NCBI GenBank assembly: GCA_965178125.1
Contig: OZ237738.1
Location: 62,001-126,000, forward strand
Length of the DNA stretch: 64,000 bases
Reading direction: 5' to 3'
From: Bilabrum cf. latius
Lineage: Eukaryota
The translations under genes were made by a program, and so were the position numbers. Shown in pieces: positions 13,538-25,388 of the stretch. The notes under the pieces were generated by a model. That model saw only the letters and a list, made by a program, of their open reading frames with translations. It had not been told where the DNA came from and did no database searches. Within the stretch, counting starts at the first letter, position 1; each line of letters begins with the position of its first letter.

Positions 13538-14536
13538 TCCGAATGCCACTTTGGGGTTCATGTCGATGTCAGAGCGGTAGATCTAGCGCTCTTGGATGAT
13601 CTCACTGCGGCACGCTGGCGGTTGCAGCTTCTAGTGCGGTCGATGCCAGCGGATTGCTTTGCTACGGCGCGCATACCCTCTCTGTATCCTAGGGAGCAGT
13701 GGAGGTTGGGTGACTTCGTTACCCGCCTTGTCAACCCCCTCCTCTTTGATGGAGGGGTGCACGTGCTCTTCTCAGCCCCGGTCACGGCGGGGCAGGGTCG
13801 TCCACTGCACAGCTTCCATGTCTGCTTGATTCACAGACTAGGTTACGCGTACACACTGTCATCAAGAATTGCAAATGGGCATCCATGTCCACCATCTCCA
13901 CCTCTACACTACGTTCCTACCGTGCGGGTGGTGGTGCGTCTGCATGATGCAGCATTGCACCTAGACTACAGATTTGATTTAAGAAAAGTTCCTGCCTCCG
14001 GTCCCGCGGACCCACTGGGCTTCACCCCGAACGACTGGTTCTTCACCAGCCCACGGGAATACGTTCTACCTTTGATCCGGATTCCGGATCCTACGAATGT
14101 ATATACCATTTCTCCAATGCACGTCGACTGGCCTCGTCGCTGCATGGCTCCCTGTCCCTGTTCCCCGCCCTAGGGTCCGTGTGGGCTGCTCCGTGCATCG
14201 CCACGTTGGCCCAACTGGCATCCTACCAGTTTGCACGTACAGGTCCTGGCCGATCTGCCATGCGCCCCGTCTATCCACTCGCCTGTAGCCTTCTGCGCGC
14301 TGCTGGCCATGCAGCCCGCTGCCACTCGCGTCTCCCTCGTGCATTGCACCTGGAGCCCCCTTCCTCCCGTTGTGTCCTGCCTATTGACGCCGAACTATCG
14401 TCGCGTGTGCCGGTGTCCCCGTCTTGTTACTCTCCATCTCCTGTCCGTCTGCGCCCACCTGGACTTCCGGCTCATCTCTACTCCCTGTCGCTTTAAGTCT
14501 GATGTCCAATTACGTGAACTAGAGCCTGTTGCGTAA
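13538..14536 (+). other. Unrecognised open frame (one TAG at 14171), possibly a degenerate gene
   Basis: Frame +2 is open from TAA 13535 to TAA 14534, first ATG near 13643. A diverged partial copy lies just upstream. No family recognised. Confidence 0.25.
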
Positions 14537-14585
14537 CATTCCTAGAAAATAACTTGCCTGAGGCCAAATCACACGCAACACTGTT

Positions 14586-15538
14586 ACGAGCTTGACTTGC
14601 TTCGCTTCGATGGTGTGGACGACATCGAGCGATTCACAGTCAGCACCGACCGCTCTATGGGTGGAGCATCGTACGCTACGTTCAGTGTGCGAGCGGCGAG
14701 ACGAAAGGGGCATGCAGATGTTATACGAGGGGTATTTGAGGGTGTGATTTTGGGCCCTCGCATCCGCGGTCACGACCAGACAGATGTACTACGCCTCGGC
14801 GACGGAGGCAACGTTGAGCAGGTCCTGCTCGGCGAGCCGCAGAAGGGCTCAGGAGCTCGACCGTTTGGTTCAAGAGACCTTCGCTCGAACGATCCCCGCC
14901 GCCCATCCGCTGCACGCGAATCCCCCGGCCAGGGAGGGCGCCTGGTGCTGGAGCACGGCGAGTGGAGGAGCGGGGTGGGGGCCGGCAGCCTGGGCTGGGC
15001 CATGACCCGCACCAAGCCAGCAGACGTGTTCCCCAGGATGCCTTCCATGTCAGGTCTGCTGCTCACCGTGCGCGGGGACGGGCGCGCCTACCAGGTGGTC
15101 TGCAAAGGGGGCCAGCGCCAGTTTGGGCACGTCCCGGGTGTCGAGGCAGAGGCCACGTACGTCTGCCACCTGCAGCCCCCGGCGGGGAGGTGGGTCACCG
15201 TGGCAGCGCCCTTCCCGTCCTTCCTGCGGGTGTCTCGCGGGCACGTGTGGGGGGAACAGCGCTGGGAGGACGTGGACAGGTTTGACCTGGGGCGGGGGCT
15301 CAACCCGAACGAGCTCTCCGGACTGGGCTTCTTGCTGGCGGACGGGATGGACGGGCCCTTCTCGTTGGAGGTGCGGTCTGTGAAGGCGGTGAGGCACATC
15401 GAGAAGGTTACGGACGAGGAGGAGGAGGCGCTCATACGCGGTGGCCTGCTCGCTGCGAGGAGCCACAAGAAGCAGCCAGGCAGGCACGGCGAGGGGCGAG
15501 GGCGCCCTAGGGTCGAGGCCGGCGGCTGAAAGCATGCT
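14586..15538 (+). pseudogene. 5'-truncated second copy of CIA30 (direct repeat copy 2)
   Basis: Near-identical to 1692-2644 but lacks exon 1, the intron and the start codon. Frame still open to TGA 15527-15529, with 6 aa differences. Confidence 0.8.
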
Positions 15539-15620
15539 CGCGGCCATCCTCAACTGCGCCAGCCAACTGCAGAAGTAACTGAAAGACTTGGCAACTCGGG
15601 GATGGGCACCCAATGAAACG

Positions 15621-15646
15621 AACCAACCAACCAACCAACCAACCAA
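15621..15646. repeat. (AACC)n microsatellite
   Basis: aaccaaccaaccaaccaaccaaccaa. Confidence 0.9.
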
Positions 15647-15928
15647 GTGTGACTGATGATAGCGAGACAAGAAGTGCTGTCACACTGCTGTGTACAGGCA
15701 GGAACAAGAAGCCAGATTGAGCACTGGCCTGTGCGCTGCAGCTGTGTTTGGTGATGTTTACTTCCCATACTCTCGTAGCTTTTCTTTTCTTTTAACTTAC
15801 TGAGCAAAGCATAGCTCCTGCCATAGAAACTAGTAGTATGATATTTGCTCCGATTTTGGATTTGCTCGTGCCGCGCGCTTGCCGCCCACACTGCATCATC
15901 AGCGCAGAGCAACCTCAGATTTGCAGGA

Positions 15929-17608
15929 ATGCGATCAATCGTTTCCATTTTGGTGGCTCTCGTCGCTTGTCATGCGCTCAGTGTGCAAGGGCGACGAGCA
16001 GCAGGCCAGCAGCACCTTCGCAGCGCTGGCTCTACGTCGTCGACATCGGTCTGCGCCAGCAGCAGGCACCAGAGCGGCAGCAGCTATGTGAAAGACACCA
16101 AGTACAGCTTTGACAAAGTTGACATGTACTCCTGCGACGTGAGCGCATTGGCCGCGAGGAAGCCGGCAGGGGACGACAGGCTCCGCAGAGGCGAGATTCT
16201 GCATTCCGCTCTCGACCAGCCCGACAACGCCTTGTCCACGGATTCGAAGATGGTGTGGCTCCGGGCTGACTGCAAGCTGGCCGTCGATGGAAAGAAAGAT
16301 GGAAATTTGTTCCTCTCGGATAATCCCTAGTGGCAGGCCGACCACTGCGCGCTGGTCTTGACGGATGCATCGTGCAGCACGCAGGGAGACCTGGCCATCA
16401 TCGACACGGATACGGGCAAGTACCTCTGGCGTGTGCATTCCTCTATCTTCACACCCGAGGTGGACACGTTTCTGGTCCAAGGGGACGGCAATGTCGTTCT
16501 CCTTCAGGAAGGCGCGCACATGCTGTGGAGCACCGATACCGGGGGCCACACGGCCGGGTCGGGGCACTTCCACTTCGCGCAATAGGTGCGGGAGGACTTG
16601 CACAGTCTGCACTGCGATGCAGGGGCCCTGCAATCGTCATACCACCAAGTGACCAACGGCGACGTGCTGTCTCCGGGGCAGGTGCTGCGAGCCGGGGCCG
16701 CCTTGAGGGCGGGCGAGGGAGAGGGGGTCGAGCTGCGCATGCAGGGAGACTGCAACCTGGTGGTGTACCGAGAAGGTAAGGACGTGTTTGCAACAAACAC
16801 GAGGGGCAAGGGTACCAAGGGGAAGTGCGCACTCGTCATCACGGGGGACGGCTGCGACACCCAGGGCGACCTGGCCATCGTGGACAGCGCCTCCGGGCAG
16901 TACATCTGGCGGGCGCCTGCCTCGCTGATGGACCCGGTTGCAGACACCCTTCGTCTGTAGGGGGACGGGAATGCCATCCTGTTCCAGCAGGGAGGTGCTA
17001 TCGCGTGGTCCACGGGGTCGGCGGACCTGGATAGTCCTCACGAGGATGCAACCTTCGGCAATGGTCGCAAGACGGCGGCGCTGCAGGCGGCCATCGAAAG
17101 GTGGACTCCTCGCTGCGACCCCAAGGCGCTCGCTAAGCGACCTGCCGCCCGGGGGTACTCTCTGTGGGACAATGAGCTGCTGCCCATGGGGCATTCACTC
17201 TGGAGGGGGGGGTTCAGCAAGGCCTCTCTGACGGTACAGGACGGCTGCGACCTGGTGGAGAAGGCCAAGGACGGAGACGTAAGCTGGAGGACGAGAACCC
17301 GTGGCAAGGCCCAGAAGTGCGCACTCGTCATCACGGGGGAGGAGTGCGACCGCGTGGGAGATCTTGCTCTCGTAGACATGGACAGCGGGGCGTACCTGTG
17401 GAGCGTCAACACGTCCTACATGCGGCCCACAGCCAGGGTAATGAAGCTTGAGGACAACAACTTTCGCCTGATCCAGCAGGCTTCGTTCAAAAATATCTGG
17501 TGGTCGGATGCCCACCAGATGGGCCACCACAATCCGACCTCGAAGGGAAACCCGGATCCCAGCTTCGATGCGGTGTTTAGCTATTTAGGCAAGTCTCAGG
17601 ATGGATAA
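15929..17608 (+). CDS. Secreted bulb-type (B-/GNA-like) lectin with three tandem domains, ~559 aa
   Basis: Signal peptide MRSIVSILVALVACHALS. Motifs FLVQGDGNVVLL, LRMQGDCNLVVY, LRL*GDGNAILF and repeated CALVITG..C...GDLAIVD. TAGs at 16328, 16583, 16958. TAA stop. Confidence 0.85.
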
Positions 17609-18187
17609 GAGGCGTGTTTGTTTGGCGGTCGTGAAAGCACGGGTGGCGTACGGTGGACCGGTCACACAGAACGCTCTAGGCCACGGCGGTCACGACGCGA
17701 ATTCGGGAGATGTTGAAAGCGTCGATAATGCCATCACTGGCAGTGATGACTCACTCGGAGGCGCTGAAGTGCGCTTCGGCAGGTGAGGAGCCGGGGTTGA
17801 TCCGCGGAGATAAACGACAGATGGGCGCTTTCTCACGAAGGAGCGGCCGGGCGGGAGCCATACCGAAAATTGATGTTCTTAATCGGCTCGGGGTATTCTG
17901 GATTGTCACAGTCCTCAGTGCGGTGCCTACAACGTCATGCTCTGCTCGCCCCCGAAAAACAATTGCCTAGATCTACTAGCCTAAGGCTCAGGGCTGCGAC
18001 CCCAACAATGATGTTCGTAAATAATGTAAATCTGACAATTATCATTTGTTTGCGCTGATTTTGAATTGAAATGTAAATGTGGATAGGTGCAGCGCACTGT
18101 TCTCATTAACGCGCCCTGCGCAGTGCGCACTAAGCTCGCTTGCCAAGCAGTCTCGGGATCACCGCAAACTTGAAGTCTATAGCATCA

Positions 18188-19432
18188 ATGTCTTGGATGC
18201 GGACTGTTCGCAAGCTCCGCAGCTGCCGGCTTCCGACCCGTTGCTGTCTTGCCCATCGCTGCTTGCCAGCCTGGGGCGCTCATCAAGTCCGGACGATGGC
18301 GTTTGGAGCTGAGGTGCACAAAAAGCTAGATGAAATGGCAAAGATGCACGCCAATTTATCTGACTAGCTGGCAACCGGCAAGATTGACCCGCAGCAAATG
18401 GCCAAGGTCATGAGGGAGTTGAACTAGCTCGAGAAGGTTGTAGAGCGAAGGAAGCAGCTGTAGGATGCCCAGAATGAGATATCGGATCTATAGTAGGTTA
18501 TTAAGGATGCAGGGTCTGCTTCTAATCCATCGGAAGAAGAGCTTGAGCTTGCATCTATGGCGAAAGAGGAGATTGAAGAACTGCAAGAAACTGCGCAAGA
18601 AGCCGAGGATGAACTGAAACGTTTGCTGCTCCCGAAGGACGAAGCCGATAACCGCAGTGCCATTCTGGAAGTCCGCTCGGGAGCTGGCGGGGACGAAGCT
18701 GCCATTTTCGCGGGGGATCTGCTCGAGATGTACCGCGGCTTGGCGGCCCACCAGGGGTGGAGCTTCAAGGTGCTCGACGAGTCTCGAGCTGGGCTAGGAG
18801 GGATCGCCAAGGCGCAGGCAGAGATTGGCGGAGACGAGGTATTCGGTGCCCTAAAGTACGAGGTGGGCGTGCACCGCGTGCAGCGCGTGCCTCAGACGGA
18901 GAGCCAGGGCCGCATCCACACGAGCACTGCCACTGTGGCGGTCCTGCCGCAGGCCGAGGAGGTGGACGTGGACATCAAGCCTTCTGATCTAGTTGTAGAG
19001 ACAATGCGGGCTGGAGGGGCGGGTGGGCAGCACGTCAACACCACGGACAGCGCTGTCCGCATCACGCACAAGCCCACCGGCGTGGTGGTGAGCATACAGG
19101 ACGAGAGGTCTCAGCACCAGAACAGAGCCAAGGCCATGCTCGTGCTCAGGGCCAGGATATTCGAGGCGGAGAGATAGAAGGCAGCCCTGGAGCGCGCGCA
19201 GTCCAGGCGCACCCAGATCGGCACGGGGGACCGCAGCGAGCGCATCCGCACCTACAACCAGCCCCAGGACCGCGTCACGGACCACAGGTGCGGGCTGTCG
19301 GCCTCTGGGGTGGAGGCGCTCCTCAGGGGGGCCAGCGTGGACGCTTTGCTACAGATGCACGATAAACTCAAGCTGGACGAAGAGGAGCGCATGCTGGCTG
19401 AGCTGGAGGCAGGGAACAGTGGCCGGTCATGA
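18188..19432 (+). CDS. prfA: Mitochondrial (bacterial-type) peptide chain release factor 1, ~414 aa
   Basis: Presequence, [23 protein letters not shown] (PxT), [15 protein letters not shown] (GGQ), and [19 protein letters not shown] beyond TAG 19175. TAGs also at 18365, 18425, 18461, 18491, 18494. TGA stop. Confidence 0.95.
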
Positions 19433-19561
19433 GGACTTGTGTTTGAGTTCGACCCTTGGGAAGAAAATTTCATACCCACATGCATTATGCACTGCTAGCA
19501 GACGGATACATCACGGCTGTGTCCCACAACACACCTGCCCCTGCCCCTGGGCCCTGACGCG

Positions 19562-20464
19562 TCAGCTGCGTCCCCTCCCGCTCTCCTCTGCTGGGCTCAA
19601 GCCAGAGGCCCGCGCCGCTGCCTCTGCCACCGACCTGGCGCTGTCCCGCTCCACACTTACTGGACAGGCGGCAGTGGCAGCCGCCGCCACAATCCGCTGC
19701 ATGGGCCCTTCGCCTTCGCCCTCCCCCTCGCCACGGACCACCGCGCCATCGCTGCTGCCCCCAATCCCCGCCCCGCCTCCAGAGCCCCGGTCCTGGGCCA
19801 AAGCAGCCTCCAGCGCGAGGTCCACCTGCATATCGGCCTCGACCAGCGCACCCGTCTCAGCGTCCAGTGGTCGCTCCGCCGCCTGTCTCTGCTGCTCGAT
19901 GGCCGCCCTCATGCTGGGCTTGAGCAGCTCGTGGGGGCACGCCTGGCTCAACTGCCTGCGCACCGCCGCAGTTGCCTCGGGCATGCCACGCAGCTGCCTC
20001 TCCACACTAGCCAGAAAACTGCCCCACACGTCCCGTCGGAAATACATGTCCGTTTCACTCGCATCTTCTCCCTGGTACTGGACCTGCCTCCCGGCTGCAA
20101 GCCCCTGCTCCTGCTCCTGCTCTTTCTCCTGCTCTTTCCATGCTGTTGAATGGAAGCCCATCAGCACCATGAACAGAGGCAGGTACCACAGACTCAGCAG
20201 GAACACCTTGCGCGCGCTCTCGTCGCTCCTGTCCCTCCAGAAACGGAAGGCCAGCGGCATCAGCAGCGCGCCCAGAGCCGCCCCCTCGATCGCGAACATG
20301 GCCCCCGTCACGCCCGCCCACGTGGTTACCAGAGGCAGGGCGCTCAGCAGCCCAGAGTACCCCAGGATCCGACTCGCCGTCTTGCCCCCCGAGCTGTCCC
20401 CCCTCGAGATCATCTGGTAGCCACCGTTCTCGTAGTCTTGCCTGAACCTCCAAGCGAGCGCGTA

Positions 20465-20502
<38 letters not shown>

Positions 20503-21529
20503 GCGCAGCCGCCGCCGGGTCCGTGAGAGCCCCGCCTGCCGCCGCCCAGCCCATGAGCGGCGGGATGGCCCCCACCACGGAGCCCACCACGGTGTTGAAG
20601 GGCGAGGCCTGCTTCATGGGCGTGTACACGGCAGCGTACAGCGCGATGTTGCCCACGCCCAGAGCCGCAGCCACCGGGTTGCAGCCCATGAGGAGCACGG
20701 TCCCGCCTGCCGCGCCAGTCACAGCGGCAAACACGCCGGCTTGCTGCATGCTGAGGCGTCCCGATGGCAGGGGCCGGGCCCGGGTCCGAGCCATCCGACC
20801 GTCGTTCTCTATTTCGTACATTTGATTCAGCGCGCTCGCCGAGGCCGAGCACAGTGCTGTGCCCAGCGACACGGCTACCAATGATGCTCCAGATCCGGCT
20901 GGGCCTGCCATAACGAAACCGAAGGCGCTGGAAGCGACCACAAGGGCGCTCAAATTGGCTTTTGACAGCGCTGCGTACGCTCGCAATATCCTCCTCGCCG
21001 ATTTGAGGCTCAGAGAAGAACCATGCACATTTCTACTAGCACAATGCTATCCCTACGTACTCGCTGATGGGGCTGCTGCCTGGGGTGAGTGGCTAGCCTG
21101 TACCTGACCGAAGCGCGCTTCCCCGGCCCTGGGAAGCTCGGCAGTTCCCGCCTGGTGACTGCTCTGTGATCCCGATGAGTATCCCCGGCGAATCTCTTGT
21201 GTGGATTGTGTGCTATCGGCATGGCGCACTGGCAACGTTGGTCCAACATAGGCTCTGCTTTGAGTTCTTGTAACCGATGAGGTCTGCAACTACCTTTGAT
21301 GATCACGCAGCCGACCTATCCTGCATTTGTCAACGACTCCTCGTTCCAGCGAATGGTAATGCAGGTGACGTCTAGCCAAGCAAGATGCGCGGCTCAGTCT
21401 CTGACCGTGCCGCATCCCAGGGTCGATCGTGATTGGTTGACGCTGCACTGACTGGAGTCGCCGCGCACGTGCTGATAGGTTCCGCAAGTTGATTGTATGG
21501 TGCTGTTTCCGAGTTGCCAATCTCATCAT
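19562..21529 (-). CDS. COX10: Protoheme IX farnesyltransferase (heme O synthase); start 21529 or 21415
   Basis: NQMYEIENDGRMARTRARPLPSG, GSVVGAIPPLMGWAA, LFLWQMPHFYAL. The N-terminal extension stays in frame through TAGs 21290, 21053, 21047. TGA stop. Confidence 0.9.
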
Positions 21530-21653
21530 TCATTTGCAGGCACATTCTGCCTGCATACGGAGTTTCTGTACTTGGCTGCGTTCAAGATAGTTTACCCATC
21601 CCTATTTTGGTCTATTGCTGGATAGGTTGGTCGGAGAATCGATAATTGCAAGA

Positions 21654-22493
21654 ATGGCTGCAGTTCCTGAGCCAGCCAAGCAGGATGATACCTCAGATGC
21701 TGCGGCAGCGGCACCGAGTGGCTAGGAAAGTGATGAAATCAAACATGCTATTGAGAGTGACCACTATGCTTGGGCAAAGGATATGAAAGGTCGAAAAGTA
21801 GAGGAGCAGAGCCCCGAGCAGCTTCAGGAGGAAGCCGAGGCAGATGAGGGCGCCCCGGGCAGCGCTTGGAATACAGCTGGAACATGGTGAGGTGTGGGTA
21901 ATTTTGATATACGCGAGACCGTGTCCGTCGTTTTGCGTATGGGGCCTGCGAAGTGACGAGATGTCTTCGTATGCTCTGCCCTAGCCACGTGGCCGCGATG
22001 GCACGCTACTTGGAAGCTCTACACGTCCTGGTGGATTTGACATGCACCTTTGTTGTATACTTTTAACCTATGCGTGTGCAGGGAAGATTAGGATATCAGC
22101 GATAAGGCTTCTAAGACTCTCAAAGAGACGTTGTTGGCTTTGCGAATCCCGGTAGAGGTCGCTGGAAGCAGTTGCGTTGTGGTGTTCAGAGAGATCCCAG
22201 AGTGCAGTGGGACTGCAACTGTGGTATTCGTGCGGGGAAGGGTGAAGCCAGGCTTCGAGATGAAGCTAAAGGCGTCCTGGGCGGCGGTCGAAGCCGAGCA
22301 CGCAGACGATCCGAGTGCTGCCGCCCTGTCGAGCGGGACGCTGGAGATAGAGGAGATGACAGACTACGAGGACCCCGAGGACTACGATATGGAGATAGAG
22401 GCAGAGGAGGGCACCGCGGATTGCATGGAGGACGCCAAGGAGGCCCTCTGTGAGGCCATCACCGCATGGAAGGCTACCCTAGCCGAGAAGTGA
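21654..22493 (+). CDS. Aha1 N-terminal-domain (Hsp90 activator-like) protein, 2 exons (21654-21886, 22082-22493)
   Basis: GSAWNTAGTW|ED*DIS spans a GT..AG intron at 21887-22081. Also GTATVVFVRGRVKPGFEMKLKASW. TAGs 21723, 22089. TGA stop. Confidence 0.8.
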
Positions 22494-22873
22494 AATCAAG
22501 CGGTGGAGTTGGGGGTGTAGCAGGCAACCCTGCGGGAGAGTTGGTGGCACCATACTCTTTGGGACTAAAGAGTCACCTCTTTTGGAGCCGCCAACCAAGG
22601 CGGGTCAAGACGAACGACAATTCAAGACCCACTGTGTGACACGGCCGCCGTTGCGCGGCGCCGCCGCCTGCGATCGACGATTTTTGTCTCTCAACTTAGG
22701 CCTACTGCTGCTTTCGTTCCGAATTTCCCAACGTTATAGATCCGTGCAAGTACTAGTAGACTTTCTGGGGACCCCGGAAGCCGACGCTTTCCGATAGACT
22801 GGGCACGACTCCACCAGGAAGGACTACAATGCTACCATTGAGCTTGCGTTCGCGAAGGCATGCATGATTCCAT

Positions 22874-25280
22874 TCACTCGATTGTGATCACGTTGGCACC
22901 GTCCACCTGCTGCGAGCCTCCAGCCGCCCCCGGAATGCCACCGCCTCCCGCGCTGTCGTCCTCATCCGTTCTGCCCAGCTGCCCGCTGCGATAGGCCTCC
23001 AGCTTCCACTGCAGCAGCTTCTCCACGTCCACGTAGCTCTGCTTCTCGCGCTGCAGCGCGCCGGCATTGTCGTTGATGTGCCTCTGCCTCTGCCTGAGCG
23101 TCTTGGCGGTGGTCTCGAGCTGGCCTGCCCTCGTGGTCAGCAGCTCCTTCCACGTCTTGAAGTCGCGCATCAGCCGCTTGTCCCCCGCCTCGAGCTCCGT
23201 GTCGCGCTCAGCCCGATCCAGCTGCTCCTGCATCAGGGTCGCCCGCATCCGCAGTGTCTCCGCCTCCCTGCCCCTATCGATGAGGTCCTCCTGCAGCTGG
23301 TCGCACAGCCGCTCCAGCTCGGCCCGCTGCGCCGCTAGCCCCGCCCTAGTGGAATCGAACCTGCGCTTGGCCCCCACATAGCGCGCCTCCAGCTCAGAGT
23401 ACTCCATGCGCACCGCTCGCAGGTCCTCGATCTGAGGGGCCAGCTTCTCCTTGCGCACGGCCAGCGACTGGCTGATGTCGGTGACAATCCTGGATATCTC
23501 CTCGAGAGTCTTGCCCTTGGTGGCGTCCACGGCTGCCTTCTGCTTGGACAGCTCCTCGAGACTGGCCTGCACGCCCGTGTACCCCGCCACGCCCCTCCTC
23601 TCCTCGAGTTTCTTCATGAGAGAGTCCACGCCACTGGCCCGAGACTTGAGCAGCTGCTCCGTGCGGGCCAGCACCACGGTCTCGGCCTGCAGCCGCCCCA
23701 GCTCGGCCTTGCTCCGCTTCACCTCCTGGCTTTTGGCCAGCAGGCTCTAGCGATACCTCTGAAAATCGTCCCGGCGCATGTACCTGGGCCCGCTCATCTG
23801 CTGCAGCACCGCCTCCCGCGCGTCCACCGCCCGCCTCGCCTCTTCCGCTCGCTGCCGCAGCACCTCCAGCGCCTCCTCCTTCTCCGCCAGGCGACTGGCT
23901 ACCAGCGCGCCCTGCTATCGAGACACAACAAGGCTGCTCTGGCCAGCTTTCTGCTGCGCATCCGCCACTTCCTGCGACAGCCGCTTCACCTGGGCCTCGC
24001 TCTCCGCCACTGCGGCCTGCATCGCGTGCACGTCCGCATCAGTGCGAGGCGCCTCCCGCAGCTTGTTCTGCAGCTGCTGCAGGGCCTCTCGTCGGGAGGC
24101 CAGTGCGGCGGGCAGCCCCTCCTGCAGCAGCCTCCTGCCCTCCTGCGCCTCGGCCCGCGCGATCTCGAGGAGCCTCTCCGCCGAAGCGTCCTCCCTCGTG
24201 TTTGCCCTGGTCTCTGCCAGCCTGCGAGTGGCCTCCAGGTACTTGTGCTCGGCCTGCTGCAGCTGCTGCCGCTGGGCGTGCATCCTCTCCTGCAGTTTGC
24301 TCTCCTCCTCCTGCTCGTGCCGCATTGCCGTGGTGGCTGCCAGCAAGGCCTTGAACCCCGGGACCTCTGCCGTGCTCCTGCTCTGTTGGGCGATGCGGTC
24401 CCGCAGCTGCGCCCGCTCCGTGTCCAGCTGCTGCTTGTCCTTGCGCAGTTCGGCGGGGTCTTTCGATCGGGATCGCTGCGAGGAATGGGCGCTTGGAGGA
24501 GCAACGGAACGAGGGGGCTCGGCTAAGCTCTACAGCGAGCATCCGACATGCAGCGCAGCTTCCGACACGGCGAAGCACATGCCATGAAATGTAAGATCCA
24601 GTCACTATGATCATTGTACTAGCGCGCTGCACGTGCATCCGCAGTCGACCGGCACACTCACGAGCTGCTCGACGGCCTTGTGGGCAGTCTTGAATTCCTG
24701 CTGCTGGCTGCGCAAAACCTGCAGCTGCTCCTGCACCTGCTCATCGTGCATGAACTCCGGCGGAAGCTCTATTCGAGACAAGAATTTTGCAATGTACGCC
24801 CGTTTTTTCAGTATCTCGCGCTTCGACAGGAGGTAGTGCAGCGCCGGGTACACTGCGTCTTTGGCACCGTCGGCAAGCTTTTCCTAAAAGGCCTCGGGGG
24901 ACCCCCCTCCGGCTGCCCCAGACCCACTGGCAGCACTACCGCTACCAGGAAAAGGAAATCGAAGCGTCTGCAACATTCTGCAAAGGCGTGCCGCTGTCAC
25001 AGCTTTCACCTCTGTTCTGATATCCTTCTAATGGGATTCATCCAAGTGAGCCACAACATCATTCAGCAGCTGTAGTAGCTCCTATGGCGATTTATCATCA
25101 AACGCTACCTGCAATGGTCGAAATGGTGGTGCAGGCAGAAATGTGCTTGCAGCTGTCTTCTGCCTGCCACTGTGTTGGATGCTATTTGGTCACGCGCAGC
25201 CTCACCAGAGACAGATCCATCTTGAACGGCTCTTCATTAAGATATTTAACAACTTGCATGATCACATCTGAAGAAGCCAT
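22874..25280 (-). CDS. IFT81: Intraflagellar transport protein 81, 3 exons (25280-25206, 25108-24662, 24475-22874)
   Basis: LNEEPFKMDLSL|VAFDDKSP*ELLQLLNDV, LKKRAYIAKFL, LARTEQLLK, KGKTLEEISRIV, KLAPQIEDLR. GT..AG introns at 25109-25205 and 24476-24661. TAGs 25082, 25028, 24884, 23915, 23747. TGA stop. Confidence 0.93.
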
Positions 25281-25388
25281 GTTTATGGGCGCAGGAAGTG
25301 CCAAAACGCGTCCGAAGCCGTTGGTTCGAGCAGCGGAACCTTCGCTGCATTGCAGAATTTCAGCGACCGCTCAGGCGCGTCACAAGCG

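Noticed and set aside
2645-14585. Terminal inverted repeats or transposon/virophage identity for the block
   Set aside because: Only a weak gatttg..ctca.gc similarity exists between the ends. No transposase, integrase, capsid or polymerase motif was seen.
18005-18060. Possible C/D-box snoRNA (ATGATG..CTGA..CTGA)
   Set aside because: It is short, the C box is imperfect and no guide target was identified. It may simply be AT-rich promoter sequence.
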